DNA of 64,000 nt from Stappiaceae bacterium (GTDB taxonomy: Bacteria; Pseudomonadota; Alphaproteobacteria; Rhizobiales; Stappiaceae). The stretch spans positions 491,176-555,175 of the forward strand of contig CBDHYI010000006.1 of NCBI GenBank assembly GCA_965275915.1. Reading direction: 5' to 3'. Position numbers and translations under genes: made by a program. Positions 1 to 10,489 of this stretch are shown one piece after another (positions within the stretch are counted from its first letter, which is position 1; each line of letters begins with the position of its first letter). The notes beneath the pieces are model-generated. The model was not told where the DNA came from. It worked only from the letters and a program-made list of their open reading frames with translations, and did no database searches.

Positions 1-942
1 CCGACCTGGGACGAATTGCAGTATTTCCTGAATAACGGATCCGAACATCGTGCTCTGCGGAAAGATCAGGACATCAATCACGTTCACCGGGCCACAACCC
101 GGCGTCCTCAGCCCGATACGGTCATGGCGCTGGCGATCGATCACCGTATGCAATTGGAAGAAATGGCGGATCGTCACGGCGTCTCCTATCCCCATCTTGA
201 GCATTTCAAGAAGCTGGCGGTAAGGGCGGCCGCGAAGGTGGCAAACGGACGTCCCGGCTATGGGGTGCTGTTGGATAGCGACTACGGCCGGACTGCTCTT
301 TATGAAGCGGCGGAGCATGATTTCTGGATCGGCCGTCCGGTCGAACTGCCCGGATCCCGACCGCTTGACTTTGACCATGGCGGGTCCCTGGCCGCCCGGC
401 TGACCGAATGGCCGATCGATCACTGTGTCAAATGCTTGTGCTTCTATCATCCGGACGATCCGGCTGACCTGCGTGAACGTCAGGAGCGGGAACTGCTGCG
501 GCTCAACGATGCCTGCCGCACTGTCGGGCGCGAAATGCTGATTGAAATAATTGCCGGCAAACACGGCCCTCTTGAATCCGATACGATACCACGCGTCATG
601 AATCGGATTTATGATCTGGGCATCAAGCCGGACTGGTGGAAACTTGAGCCTCAAACGGATCCCGAAGCCTGGCAAACCATTGATCGCGCAATCGGGGAAC
701 GCGATCCATATTGCCGCGGGATTTTCATTCTTGGACTGAATGCCTCTGAAGAGGCGCTTATCGCCTCCTTCCAAACCGCGCGGGCGGTCCGTTCGGTCAA
801 GGGGTTCGCCGTCGGTCGAACGATCTTCAGCCATGCGGCCGATCAATGGCTCACAGGTGATTTTACCGACGATCAGGCGATAGACGACATGGCCGAAAGG
901 TTCGGTAATCTCACCGAAGCCTGGACCGCGCTGACATCCTGA
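1..942 (+). CDS. C-terminal part of a myo-inositol catabolism protein (DUF2090 / class-I-aldolase-like domain, as fused to 5-dehydro-2-deoxygluconokinase IolC in rhizobia); the 5' end lies outside the window
   Basis: Frame 1 is open from base 1 with no stop before the listed TTG at 16, and ends at 942. ALAIDHRMQLEEMA and KPDWWKLEP resemble the DUF2090 domain. Family recognised from memory only. Confidence 0.5.
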   Translation, partial: PTWDELQYFLNNGSEHRALRKDQDINHVHRATTRRPQPDTVMALAIDHRMQLEEMADRHGVSYPHLEHFKKLAVRAAAKVANGRPGYGVLLDSDYGRTALYEAAEHDFWIGRPVELPGSRPLDFDHGGSLAARLTEWPIDHCVKCLCFYHPDDPADLRERQERELLRLNDACRTVGREMLIEIIAGKHGPLESDTIPRVMNRIYDLGIKPDWWKLEPQTDPEAWQTIDRAIGERDPYCRGIFILGLNASEEALIASFQTARAVRSVKGFAVGRTIFSHAADQWLTGDFTDDQAIDDMAERFGNLTEAWTALTS

Positions 943-1153
943 TGCCGGAAGGAAGTCGGACCGGCTGCCGCCTCTGTTTCCGCCGGCTGAAATAAGGCAG
1001 CGATCCGCATTGCCTTTCTTCGATGGAGCTGCATACTTAATTCAAAAGTACAGACTTTTAATTGCGGCAAAGAATTTGCCGTTCCGCCAAACGGGTGACA
1101 CGTCCGCCGCGGATAAGGGTAAGAACGCAGATATCGATCAACTCGGAGGTGGC

Positions 1154-2425
1154 ATGCTTGAGGCGTTGTTTGGTCGGATCGAGGGCAAACGCGACGATCT
1201 CGTTCGGTTAACTCAGGATCTGGTCAGGATTCCGACCATCAATCCTCCCGGTGAGGCTTATACCCCCTGTGCTGAATTCGTCGGCGAAAGACTGCGCCGC
1301 CGTCGGTTTGAGGTCCGCTATATTCGAGGCGAAGGCACGCCCGGAGACTGCACACATTATCCCCGGTCGAATGTCGTTGCCAGGATCGAGGGCAAGCGCC
1401 CAGGACCAACGGTTCACTTCAACTCCCATATTGACGTTGTGGAAGCGGGAGACGGATGGACGGTCGACCCCTTCGGCGGCGACGTCAGGGATGGGAAAGT
1501 CTACGGCCGGGGCACGTGTGACATGAAAGGCGGGCTGGCAGCGTCTATCATAGCGGTCGAAGCTTTGCTTGAGGCAGAGCCTGATTTTTGTGGTGCGCTC
1601 GAAATTTCCGGCACCGTCGATGAAGAGTCCGGAGGCATGGGCGGTGTGGCCTATCTTGCCGAAAAAGGCTTTTTTTCCAAACCGCGGGTCGATCATGTGA
1701 TCATTCCCGAGCCGCTGCACAAGGATCGGATCTGTCTTGGTCATCGCGGCGTCTGGTGGGGTGAGATTGAAACCCACGGCTCGATTGCACACGGCTCGAT
1801 GCCGTTTCTGGGCGACTGTGCTGTCCGTCACATGGGCGCGGTACTGGAAGCGTTCGAAAGCGAGCTCTATCCCGCCCTGAGCCGCAAAAGAACGGACATG
1901 CCGGTTATTCCGGAGGGCGCAAAACAATCGACTATGAATATTAATTCCATTCACGGCGGGCAGCAGGAAGTCAAGGGCGCCCTGCCCTCTCCGTGCGTGC
2001 CTGACTCGTGCCGGATGACGGTAGACCGGCGTTATCTGATCGAAGAGAATGTCGATGATGTCAGAGGCGAAATTGTCAGTATTCTGGAACGCCTCAGCGA
2101 AACCCAGCCCGGTTTCCGGTACGACCTTCGGGACATCATGACCGTCGCGCCGACTATGACCGATCGGAACGCGCCCGTGGTACAGGCTGTGGCTGAGTCA
2201 ATTGAAGCAATCTTCAAACGCCCCGCGGACTATGTCATTTCACCGGGGACCTATGATCAAAAGCATATTGCGCGCATTGGTCATCTGCACGATTGTATTG
2301 CCTACGGTCCGGGTATATTGGACCTTGCCCATCGGCCCGATGAATATATCGTCATCGAAGATATGGTGGAAAGCGCAAAAGTAATGGCGATGGCGGCGCA
2401 TAACTTGCTGACGTCCAGACAATAA
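1154..2425 (+). CDS. M20-family metallopeptidase (ArgE/DapE/acetylornithine deacetylase-like)
   Basis: ORF 1010-2425. Preferred start is ATG 1154, preceded by GGAGG at 1145-1149. Motifs HIDVVEAGDGW, GRGTCDMKGG and DEESGG are typical of M20 peptidases. Confidence 0.8.
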   Translation: MLEALFGRIEGKRDDLVRLTQDLVRIPTINPPGEAYTPCAEFVGERLRRRRFEVRYIRGEGTPGDCTHYPRSNVVARIEGKRPGPTVHFNSHIDVVEAGDGWTVDPFGGDVRDGKVYGRGTCDMKGGLAASIIAVEALLEAEPDFCGALEISGTVDEESGGMGGVAYLAEKGFFSKPRVDHVIIPEPLHKDRICLGHRGVWWGEIETHGSIAHGSMPFLGDCAVRHMGAVLEAFESELYPALSRKRTDMPVIPEGAKQSTMNINSIHGGQQEVKGALPSPCVPDSCRMTVDRRYLIEENVDDVRGEIVSILERLSETQPGFRYDLRDIMTVAPTMTDRNAPVVQAVAESIEAIFKRPADYVISPGTYDQKHIARIGHLHDCIAYGPGILDLAHRPDEYIVIEDMVESAKVMAMAAHNLLTSRQ

Positions 2426-2469
2426 CGACAGGGCAAGCAGCAACCGGATTGACCAGAGGGAGAGATCAC

Positions 2470-3969
2470 ATGACATTTCATTTCCGAATAGGGTCCGCAT
2501 CGTTGGGATTGCTCTGCATGGCCATCGCAACGATGTCGGGTTTGCCGTCGGCCGAGGCTGCGCGCTCCGATATCGTTGTGGGTATCCGGCTGGAACCACC
2601 GCATCTGGATCCGACAGCAAGCGCTGCGGCTGCCATTGATGAAGTTGTCTATGCCAATCTGTTCGAAGGGCTGACACGCATTGACAAGGAAGGCGCCGTT
2701 GTTCCGGGACTTGCGGAGAGTTGGAGCATCTCGGACGACGGCAAGATCTACACCTTCAAGTTGAGACCGGGCGTCAGCTTTCATGACGGCAGTGCATTTG
2801 ATGCCAATGATGTGAAATTTTCTCTGGATCGGGCCCGTGCGGAGAACTCCACCAACGCTCAGAAACCGCTTTTTGCAGCCATTGAAGCCGTGAAGGTGAT
2901 CGACCCGCTGACGCTCGAAGTCACGTTGAAGAAGCCGACCGGCAATTTCCTGTTCAATCTCGGTTGGGGCGATGCGATCGTGGTTTCGCCTGAAACAGCG
3001 GAGGGCAACAAAACCGATCCGATCGGTACGGGGCCTTTCAAATTTTCCAAATGGGTGAAAGGTGATCGCATAGAAATCGAACGGAATCCTGAATATTGGG
3101 GTGAACAGGCCAAGCTCGACAAGGCAACCTTCAAGATCATCGCCGATCCCGCCGCAGCCCTGGCATCGCTGATGGCGGGTGATGTTGATGCGTTTCCGAT
3201 CTATCCTGCCCCGGAAAACCTTGCTCAGCTTGAGGCCGATCCGCGCTTTGCGGTCGCTGTCGGCTCAACGGAAGGCGAGACCATTCTCGCAATGAACAAC
3301 AAGTCCGGCCCTCTGGCGGACAAGAATGTGCGCAAAGCGATCTCCCATGCGATCGATAAAAAGGCGGTCATTGACGGCGCTATGTTCGGTTACGGCACAC
3401 CGATCGGCAGCCATTTCGCGCCTCACCACCCTGCCTATAACGACCTGTCCGGCACGTATGAGTATGATCCTGAGAAAGCACGTGATCTCCTTGCCGAAGC
3501 CGGGTATCCGAAAGGCTTCAGCGCGGTCATCAAACTGCCCCCGCCCGCTTATGCCCGCCGGGGAGGCGAAATTGTGGCATCGCAATTGCGGAAAATCGGG
3601 GTTGAACTGGAAATCGTGCCTCTGGAGTGGGCGCAGTGGCTGAAGGAAGTCTTTAAGGAAAAGAACTACGACTTCACGATCGTTTCCCACACGGAGCCGA
3701 TGGACATCGGCATCTACAGCCGGCCCGACTATTACTTCCAGTATCAGAACCCGGAATTCAACGCGTTGATCACGAAGCTCGAAGAAACGACGGATACGGA
3801 GGAGCGCTACAAAATTCTGGCCCGGGCACAGAAAGTCATTGCCGATGATGCGGTCAATGTCTTCATGTTCCAGCTGGCAAAAACGGGTGTTGCCAATACC
3901 GATTTGGAAGGGTTGTGGCTGAACGCTCCGATCCAGGCCAATGACCTCACCGCCGTTGAGTGGAAGTGA
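2470..3969 (+). CDS. ABC transporter substrate-binding protein, family 5 (peptide/nickel/opine type)
   Basis: ORF 2449-3969. ATG 2470 follows a GAGGGAGAG purine tract. It has an N-terminal signal peptide (LGLLCMAIATMSGLPSAEA). Length and motifs are typical of DppA/OppA-like binding proteins, and it sits upstream of two permeases and a fused ATPase. Confidence 0.85.
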   Translation: MTFHFRIGSASLGLLCMAIATMSGLPSAEAARSDIVVGIRLEPPHLDPTASAAAAIDEVVYANLFEGLTRIDKEGAVVPGLAESWSISDDGKIYTFKLRPGVSFHDGSAFDANDVKFSLDRARAENSTNAQKPLFAAIEAVKVIDPLTLEVTLKKPTGNFLFNLGWGDAIVVSPETAEGNKTDPIGTGPFKFSKWVKGDRIEIERNPEYWGEQAKLDKATFKIIADPAAALASLMAGDVDAFPIYPAPENLAQLEADPRFAVAVGSTEGETILAMNNKSGPLADKNVRKAISHAIDKKAVIDGAMFGYGTPIGSHFAPHHPAYNDLSGTYEYDPEKARDLLAEAGYPKGFSAVIKLPPPAYARRGGEIVASQLRKIGVELEIVPLEWAQWLKEVFKEKNYDFTIVSHTEPMDIGIYSRPDYYFQYQNPEFNALITKLEETTDTEERYKILARAQKVIADDAVNVFMFQLAKTGVANTDLEGLWLNAPIQANDLTAVEWK

Positions 3970-4114
3970 CCGGAACGAAATGACAGGGCTGCGGACCGTT
4001 CCGCGGCTCTTCCGGTCGGTCGAGAGGACCAAATAGGATAACAGTTTCCCGGTAGCCGGCAATCCTGTAATCCCCTCCATACAACTAAGCAAAAGCCGGG
4101 ATTATCCAGCGAAT

Positions 4115-5062
4115 ATGCTCTCTTTCGCGATTCAAAGACTGGCAAGTTTTATACTGACGCTGCTGATTGCGACGGTCGTTGTTTTCCTTGTGCTTGAAGT
4201 GCTCCCCGGAGATCCGGCGGAGGTCATGCTGGGTATAAATGCCCAGGAGGACACTCTGGCGGCCCTGAGGGAAGAGCTCGGCCTTAATCGTCCGGCGCTC
4301 GTTCGGTATTTCGAATGGCTGTTTGGCATGCTGACGGGCGACTTCGGGAAGAGCTACACCTATTCCGTTCCGGTGTCCGAACTCATCGGCCAGCGTATGT
4401 GGGTCAGCCTGCCCCTGGCAGTGATTGCACTCACTCTTTCCACGATTATCGCAATTCCGCTTGGGGTTTTGGCTGCTTCAAAACGCAACTCCCCGCGGGA
4501 TGTCGGGATTGTCGGCCTCACTCAGGTCGGCATCGCCGTGCCGAATTTCTGGTTCGCGATGATGCTGGTCTTTCTCTTCGCCGTGACGTTGCGGTGGTTT
4601 CCTTCCGGTGGTTTCCCCGGCTGGGAGGAAGGAATAGGCAGGTCCCTGAATGCTCTGGCCCTGCCGGCAATTGCCCTGGCTCTTCCCCAAGCGGCGATTC
4701 TGACCCGTATCATGCGTTCATCGCTGATCGACGTCATGCACGAAGACTATATGCGGACGGCGCGGGCCAAAGGGTTGCCGGTTCAGATCACCCTTTGGCG
4801 TCACGGGGTTCGCAATGCACTGATTCCGGTGTTGACCATCATGGGCCTGCAATTTTCGTTTCTGATCGCCGGGACCATCATCATCGAGAATGTGTTTTAT
4901 CTGCCGGGCCTTGGAAGACTTATCTTTCAGGCGATTACTCAGCGCGACCTGATCGTGGTCAAGAGCGTTATTGTTCTGCTTGTTGCGGCTGTCATTGCCG
5001 TCAATTTTCTGGTCGATCTGACCTATGCCGCCGTCGATCCACGATTGAGGCGGCGGTCATGA
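4115..5062 (+). CDS. ABC transporter permease (DppB/OppB-like)
   Basis: 315-aa polytopic membrane protein with a BPD_transp_1-type EAA loop (YMRTARAKGLP). Confidence 0.9.
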   Translation: MLSFAIQRLASFILTLLIATVVVFLVLEVLPGDPAEVMLGINAQEDTLAALREELGLNRPALVRYFEWLFGMLTGDFGKSYTYSVPVSELIGQRMWVSLPLAVIALTLSTIIAIPLGVLAASKRNSPRDVGIVGLTQVGIAVPNFWFAMMLVFLFAVTLRWFPSGGFPGWEEGIGRSLNALALPAIALALPQAAILTRIMRSSLIDVMHEDYMRTARAKGLPVQITLWRHGVRNALIPVLTIMGLQFSFLIAGTIIIENVFYLPGLGRLIFQAITQRDLIVVKSVIVLLVAAVIAVNFLVDLTYAAVDPRLRRRS

Positions 5063-5925
5063 GCGTGGCAAAACAGCGACTGCAATCGGCAAAAAGGCTG
5101 GCCGGACGCTCTTTGCACAGCGCAAACTTCGTCATTGGCGGGACGATTTTCCTGCTTGTTGCGCTGATGGCGCTGATATCGTTTTTCTGGGTGCCTTATC
5201 CGGTCGACGTTCTTGATATTTCGGCAAAGCTGCAGCCTCCGAGTGCTGCTCACTGGCTTGGAACCGACCATTTCGGCCGGGACATACTGTCAATGATCAT
5301 GGTCGGGGCGCAGAACTCGATTGCCGTCGCGATTGTCGCGGTGGGGATCGGGCTGTTTATCGGAGTGCCGCTTGGTCTGGCGGCGGCGGTCCGGCGTGGG
5401 GCGGCCGACGAATTCCTGATGCGGTTCAACGATCTGGTGTTCGCGTTTCCGGCCCTGCTCTCAGCCGTAATGATCACGGCGATTTTCGGTCCCGGCGCGG
5501 TAAACGCGATAATCGCCATCGGAATTTTCAACATTCCCGTATTTGCGCGGGTCGCCCGCGGGGCGGCTTTGTCATTGATGACGCGGGAGTTTGTTTTGGC
5601 GGCACGTGTCGCCGGCAAAGGCCATGTTCGCATTACCGTTGAACATATTCTGCCCAACATCGCCAATCTCCTGATCGTCCAGGGTACCATTCAGTTTTCC
5701 CTTGGAATTCTTGCCGAAGCGGGGCTGTCCTATGTCGGATTGGGTGCTCAACCGCCGGATCCCAGCTGGGGGCGTATGCTGTTCGACGCTCAAACAATGA
5801 TTGGCCTGGCTCCGCATATCGCCTTGTTCCCCGGACTGGCCATCATCATCACCGTGCTGGGACTCAATCTCCTCGGCGACGGCCTGCGCGATCTTCTTGA
5901 TCCCAAATTGCAGCGGCGGAGATGA
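5059..5925 (+). CDS. ABC transporter permease (DppC/OppC-like)
   Basis: Real start is ATG 5059, overlapping the upstream stop (ATGA). The sequence from MSVAKQRL... onward is hydrophobic and permease-like. The listed 536-aa ORF from 4315 is an out-of-frame read-through artefact. Confidence 0.9.
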   Translation: MSVAKQRLQSAKRLAGRSLHSANFVIGGTIFLLVALMALISFFWVPYPVDVLDISAKLQPPSAAHWLGTDHFGRDILSMIMVGAQNSIAVAIVAVGIGLFIGVPLGLAAAVRRGAADEFLMRFNDLVFAFPALLSAVMITAIFGPGAVNAIIAIGIFNIPVFARVARGAALSLMTREFVLAARVAGKGHVRITVEHILPNIANLLIVQGTIQFSLGILAEAGLSYVGLGAQPPDPSWGRMLFDAQTMIGLAPHIALFPGLAIIITVLGLNLLGDGLRDLLDPKLQRRR

Positions 5926-5926
5926 C

Positions 5927-7576
5927 ATGAAAAAACCGTTGCTGTCGATCCGCGATTTTCATCTCGATATCGGATCCGTTCCGATCGTGAGAGGTGTTTC
6001 GCTGGATCTGCGTCCTGGCGAAATTTTCGGTCTTGTCGGAGAATCCGGTTCGGGGAAATCGCTGACCGCCTTCTCGACGATGCGACTGCTTCCGAACGGC
6101 TGGTCAACCCGCGGCGAAATCCTGTTCGATGATAAGGATATTCTCTCGCTGAGTGAAAAAGCGATGTGCGGTCTCAGGGGGCGGCAGATCGGCATGGTGT
6201 TTCAGGAACCGATGACCGCTCTTAATCCGGTCAAAACCATAGGAGATCAGGTCAGCGAGGGGCTGCGGTGGCATCTGAACATTGACGCCAGAGCAGCCGA
6301 TGCTCGCACGCGCAAGCTTCTTCACATGGTCGGGCTGCCGCCCGAACGTTTTTCGCCGGGGCGCTACCCGCATGAACTGTCCGGCGGTCAGCGGCAGCGG
6401 ATCGTTATTGCGATGGCAATAGCCCTGAAGCCCCGTCTTTTGATTGCCGATGAGCCGACAACCGCCCTGGACGTAACGATCCAGGCACAGATTCTGGCGT
6501 TGCTGAAGGATATCGTTAAAAAACAGAAGATGGCGCTGCTGCTGATTTCTCACGATCTGGCGGTCGTCGCCGATATGGCCGACAGAATCGGGATCATGCG
6601 AGAAGGCGTTATTGTCGAAACGGGTCCGACGGCCCGGCTGTTTGAAACAATGAAACACCCCTACTCTCTCAATCTGAAGGACGCATCGACGCATGTTCCC
6701 GCAAGAAAAACCGGGCCCGTCCTCTCCGCCCGGATAAAAGTCCCGCCGCTTCTGTCGGTCCGGCAGCTTGTGTGCGAATATAAACTGCAGCGGAAAAAAC
6801 TGTTTGCCCCGCGCCCCGTGGTGCGGGCAGTCAATTCGGTGAGTTTCGATATTTATCCCGGTCAGAGCCTGGGTCTCGTCGGAGAATCGGGATGCGGAAA
6901 ATCGACATTGGCGCGCGCGCTGCTGGCTCTGGCGCCGCCCACGAGCGGATCTGTGGAGTTTTTGGGGCAATCGCTGACGGATGCCCGGCATGATGAGTTG
7001 ATCAAGCTCCGCCGTGACTTGCAGGTCGTCTTTCAGGATCCGTTCGGCAGTTTCAATCCCCGTCGGCGCGCCCGATGGCTGGTCGGAGAACCGCTCGGTC
7101 TTCTGGGAAGAGACATCCAAAAAACCGAGCGGCATGATCGAATTGTCGAGGCCCTCAAATCCGTCGGATTGTCGTCGGATGACCTTGACAAGTTCCCGCA
7201 TGAATTTTCCGGCGGACAACGGCAGCGCCTTGCGATTGCCCGTGCCCTTGTCACGAATCCAAAGCTGGTCGTCGCTGATGAAGCGGTTTCAGCGCTTGAC
7301 GTTTCGATCCGCGCTCAGATCCTGGATCTCCTGGTCGCGCTTCGGGAGAGGTTTGGAATTTCCTATCTGTTCATCTCCCACGACCTTTCGGTGGTGCGGG
7401 CCATCACCGATGAAGTCATGGTGATGAATGCGGGTAAGATCGTCGAACATGGACCGACCGGCGACGTTTTTGACCATCCCAAACACCCTTATACGCGTTT
7501 GCTGGTGTCCGCCGCTCCGAACCTCCAACAGGCTCTGAAACGCAGACGAAAGAAAGAAAAACAGACTTTGCGTTAG
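5927..7576 (+). CDS. ABC transporter ATP-binding protein with two fused nucleotide-binding domains (DppD/DppF-like)
   Basis: ATG 5927 lies just after the permease stop. It has two Walker A motifs ([16 protein letters not shown]) and two LSGGQRQR signatures. Confidence 0.9.
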   Translation: MKKPLLSIRDFHLDIGSVPIVRGVSLDLRPGEIFGLVGESGSGKSLTAFSTMRLLPNGWSTRGEILFDDKDILSLSEKAMCGLRGRQIGMVFQEPMTALNPVKTIGDQVSEGLRWHLNIDARAADARTRKLLHMVGLPPERFSPGRYPHELSGGQRQRIVIAMAIALKPRLLIADEPTTALDVTIQAQILALLKDIVKKQKMALLLISHDLAVVADMADRIGIMREGVIVETGPTARLFETMKHPYSLNLKDASTHVPARKTGPVLSARIKVPPLLSVRQLVCEYKLQRKKLFAPRPVVRAVNSVSFDIYPGQSLGLVGESGCGKSTLARALLALAPPTSGSVEFLGQSLTDARHDELIKLRRDLQVVFQDPFGSFNPRRRARWLVGEPLGLLGRDIQKTERHDRIVEALKSVGLSSDDLDKFPHEFSGGQRQRLAIARALVTNPKLVVADEAVSALDVSIRAQILDLLVALRERFGISYLFISHDLSVVRAITDEVMVMNAGKIVEHGPTGDVFDHPKHPYTRLLVSAAPNLQQALKRRRKKEKQTLR

Positions 7577-7691
7577 ACAATCCGATAAAACGATTGCATC
7601 GTGCCTCGGTCTTGCTCTACGGCATTGGCGCAAATTGCGTGGCTGGAAGGCCCGCATAGGATCGGTTGCCGGAACTCCACTGGAAAGAAAA

Positions 7692-8588
7692 ATGCGGATC
7701 GGACTCGACTGCGGCGGAACGAAAATTGAAGGTGTCGCGCTGGATGATCAGGGCTCCCAACTGTTTCGCAAACGTGTTCCGACACCGCGCAACGATTATG
7801 CAGCGTGCCTTCAGGCTATAAAAGGGCTTGTCATGGACGCGGAAGCCGATACCGGATCCACCGGCAGTGTCGGCGTGGGTATTCCGGGATCGATTTCTCC
7901 GCTATCCGGCCGCGTCAAAAACGCCAATATGACATGGTTTAACGGCGAGCCCCTTGATCAGGATCTCAGCACGCTTCTTGAGCGCCCGGTGCGTGTGCAA
8001 AACGACGCAAATTGTTTCGCGGTGTCGGAAGCGGTCGATGGCTCCGGTTCCGGTTGCGGGGTGGTCTTTGCCGTCATTCTGGGAACCGGTTGCGGATCGG
8101 GCATTGCGCTGGACGGTGTCGCGCTGACCGGCTATCAGGCCAGTGCCGGAGAAATTGGGCACATCCCCCTTCCCTGGATGACAGAGACGGAATTTCCCGG
8201 CCCGACGTGCTGGTGTGGCAGACGGGGCTGCCTTGAGAGCTATGTTTCGGGAACCGGATTTGAACGTGATTTTACCGAGGTCACGGGGCGTCGATTGTCC
8301 GGGGCCGAGATCATGGCCGGGGCCGACCGGGGAGACGGCGAATGCGAAGCGGCGTTCGTGCGTTACAAAGACAGGTTGGCCAGGGGTTTGGCCAAGATGT
8401 GCAACATCCTGGACCCGGATGTCATTGTTCTGGGAGGCGGCATGTCCAATGCCGATCGACTCTATACCGAACTGCCGGATCTGATCGGCAGGCATATTTT
8501 CTCCGACACCTTCGAGACGCCGATCAGAAAAGCCAAACACGGGGACAGTTCAGGGGTGCGCGGTGCGGCCTGGTTGTGGAATGAATGA
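7692..8588 (+). CDS. ROK-family sugar kinase (N-acetylglucosamine kinase / fructokinase-like)
   Basis: Start ATG 7692 (MRIGLDCGGTKIEG ATP-binding motif). ROK zinc motif CWCGRRGCLESY is present. Confidence 0.8.
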   Translation: MRIGLDCGGTKIEGVALDDQGSQLFRKRVPTPRNDYAACLQAIKGLVMDAEADTGSTGSVGVGIPGSISPLSGRVKNANMTWFNGEPLDQDLSTLLERPVRVQNDANCFAVSEAVDGSGSGCGVVFAVILGTGCGSGIALDGVALTGYQASAGEIGHIPLPWMTETEFPGPTCWCGRRGCLESYVSGTGFERDFTEVTGRRLSGAEIMAGADRGDGECEAAFVRYKDRLARGLAKMCNILDPDVIVLGGGMSNADRLYTELPDLIGRHIFSDTFETPIRKAKHGDSSGVRGAAWLWNE

Positions 8589-8639
8589 GGCTTGAGCCTA
8601 AAATCACTTTTCCGGCGGTTTGTTGTTTGCGCCGATGGT

Positions 8640-9091
8640 GCTCATGATCTCACGGCTGCAGGTATCGCCGTTTCGAAGGACCAAAGGGCACGCGATACTT
8701 CCGGTTACGCACCGCCTGGCCGCAAGGGACATCTTGGCACCGGAAGATTTGATGGCGAAGATTTCATTGCCTTTAATCGGCGATTTCAGAGACGCTCGGT
8801 GTATGACAGATTGTTTCGCGAACGTGGGGCGGCCCGAAACATCGTCATTGAAACGGGCACTTCACACACAGTCCTGGAAATGGTACGCCGAGGTGCCGGC
8901 GTTGTGCTGATCAACCCCTTTCCGTTCATTCTCCATGAGTGTCCGGAAGTGGTTTTTCGAAAGTTTGTACTTGAAGGGGACTATGCGACGAGTTTCGTAT
9001 CGCCATTAGGACCGGTAACACTCTTGTGCGGCGTTTCATCGAATTTGCGCGCAAACATGGTCCCGGAGATAGCTGTTTCAGCCCGGTTTGA
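8640..9091 (+). pseudogene. Decayed LysR-family regulator: effector-binding domain fragments only, with at least 2 frameshifts and no HTH-coding part
   Basis: LysR C-terminal-like sequence is split over three frames. Frame of ORF 8620 gives HAILPVTHRLAARDILAPEDL. Frame of ORF 8592 gives DGEDFIAFNRRFQRRSVYDRLFRERGAARNIVIETGTSHTVLEMVRRGAGVVLINPFP. The third frame gives TLVRRFIEFARKHGPGDSCFSPV, with a stop at 9089-9091. The upstream kinase gene ends at 8588, leaving no room for a wHTH domain. Confidence 0.5.
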
Positions 9092-9172
9092 GGCACATCC
9101 CGACTTGACGGTGTTTACGCACCCTGAGCAACACAGGACAAGCAGCATCCAATTACTGGCGGAATATAGAAT

Positions 9173-10324
9173 TTGACCCCCAATGATATACTGGCGCACC
9201 TCGTCTCATTTGATACGACCAGCCGCAACTCCAATCTGCCGCTGATTGACTGGGTTGAGACCTACCTTGCGGATCACGGCGTCTCCTCCGAGCGGATCTA
9301 TGACGAGACCGGGCGGAAAGCCAATCTCTATGCCACCATAGGTCCGGGAGATGTTCCCGGTTATGTTCTGTCCGGACATACCGACGTTGTGCCCGTTGAC
9401 GGACAGGACTGGCAAACCGATCCGTTCCGACTTGAAGAAAAGGACGGACGGCTTTTCGGTCGCGGCACGTGCGACATGAAAGGATTTCTGGCCTGTTGCC
9501 TTGCGAAAGTGCCGGACTTCGTTGCCGCACAGCTGGCGAAGCCGATCCACCTTGCTTTTTCCTATGACGAAGAAGTCGGCTGCATCGGCGTCCAGAGCTT
9601 GTTACGTGATCTCAGGGAGCAGCCTGTAAGGCCGGAGGCCTGTTTTGTCGGCGAACCCACCAACATGCAGGTGGTGATCGCCCATAAGTCCAAACGATCC
9701 CTGAGGGCGCGCTTCACCGGCAAGGCCTGCCATTCTTCGCTTGCTCCTGAAGGGGTAAACGCCGTCGATTATGCAGCCCGCTTTGTTGTCAAGTTGCAGG
9801 AAATGGCCAAACGTCTTGAACATGGCCCGCTGGACAATCTTTACGATGTCCCCTTCTCTACGGCCCATACCGGCACAATCGAAGGAGGAACGATCCTCAA
9901 TATTGTGCCCGAGCATTGCGAACTGTCCTTTGAATTCAGGGTTTTACCGGACGAAAACGCCGACGCACTGGTGGACGAGATAAAGGACTTTGCCAAAAGC
10001 ACTCTCGAACCGGAGATGAAGGCCCGGTCGGAACAGAGTCAAATCAGATTTGAATGGATTTCACAGTTTTCCGGCCTGAACACAGCTCAAGATGCTGCTG
10101 TGACAAGGCTCGCAAAACGCCTGGCAGGCCGAAACGATCATGCCAAAGTGGCTTATGGTACGGAAGCCGGCCTTTTTGTTGATATTGCAGGAATTCCGAC
10201 CGTTGTTGTCGGTCCGGGCTCTATAGAACAGGCGCATAAACCGAATGAATTCATTGCCGCCGCCGAGCTTGAGAAATGCAGCGCGTTCCTGGATCAGCTG
10301 TGCCGGCATGCCGCTTCAGCTTGA
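9173..10324 (+). CDS. argE: Acetylornithine deacetylase (M20 family, ArgE-type)
   Basis: 383 aa, TTG start. Motifs SGHTDVVPVDGQDW, GRGTCDMKGF and YDEEVGC. The N-terminus (LVSFDTTSRNSNLPLIDWV) is typical of ArgE. Confidence 0.75.
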   Translation: MTPNDILAHLVSFDTTSRNSNLPLIDWVETYLADHGVSSERIYDETGRKANLYATIGPGDVPGYVLSGHTDVVPVDGQDWQTDPFRLEEKDGRLFGRGTCDMKGFLACCLAKVPDFVAAQLAKPIHLAFSYDEEVGCIGVQSLLRDLREQPVRPEACFVGEPTNMQVVIAHKSKRSLRARFTGKACHSSLAPEGVNAVDYAARFVVKLQEMAKRLEHGPLDNLYDVPFSTAHTGTIEGGTILNIVPEHCELSFEFRVLPDENADALVDEIKDFAKSTLEPEMKARSEQSQIRFEWISQFSGLNTAQDAAVTRLAKRLAGRNDHAKVAYGTEAGLFVDIAGIPTVVVGPGSIEQAHKPNEFIAAAELEKCSAFLDQLCRHAASA

Positions 10325-10397
10325 GAACCTGCTCACAGCGGAGTGCCTTCTGGATATTGCATCTTCGAAGGAGCTGGTCTAATCAGGAGCGATGAAC

Positions 10398-10445
10398 ATG
10401 CAGAAAGTGACGACAATTCGTAAGGATTGGTGGTGGCGCGCTTAG
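10398..10445 (+). CDS. trpL: trp leader peptide (15 aa, MQKVTTIRKDWWWRA) with three consecutive Trp codons
   Basis: AGGAG at 10385-10389 lies 8 nt before ATG 10398; an in-frame ATG at 10392 is too close to the SD. TGG TGG TGG is at 10428-10436 and the stop TAG at 10443-10445. It lies about 120 nt upstream of trpE(G). Confidence 0.7.
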   Translation: MQKVTTIRKDWWWRA

Positions 10446-10489
10446 GGCGGCCGCGACACGTCATTTCTTTTTGTGACATTGGATCAAGG

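Noticed and set aside
4315-5925. 536-aa ORF that appears to fuse two permease genes
   Set aside because: Its first 248 codons or so are an alternative frame overlapping the DppB-like gene, giving Arg/Gly/Cys-rich nonsense with no motifs. The real DppC-like gene starts at ATG 5059, coupled to the upstream stop.
6104-7219. 371-aa minus-strand ORF antisense to the fused ABC ATPase
   Set aside because: It has no recognisable motifs, whereas the opposite strand encodes textbook Walker and signature motifs. The same reasoning applies to the antisense ORFs 11223-12182, 29523-30269, 31235-32020, 35975-36562, 43711-44505, 51026-51640, 60294-61142 and 63158-63799.
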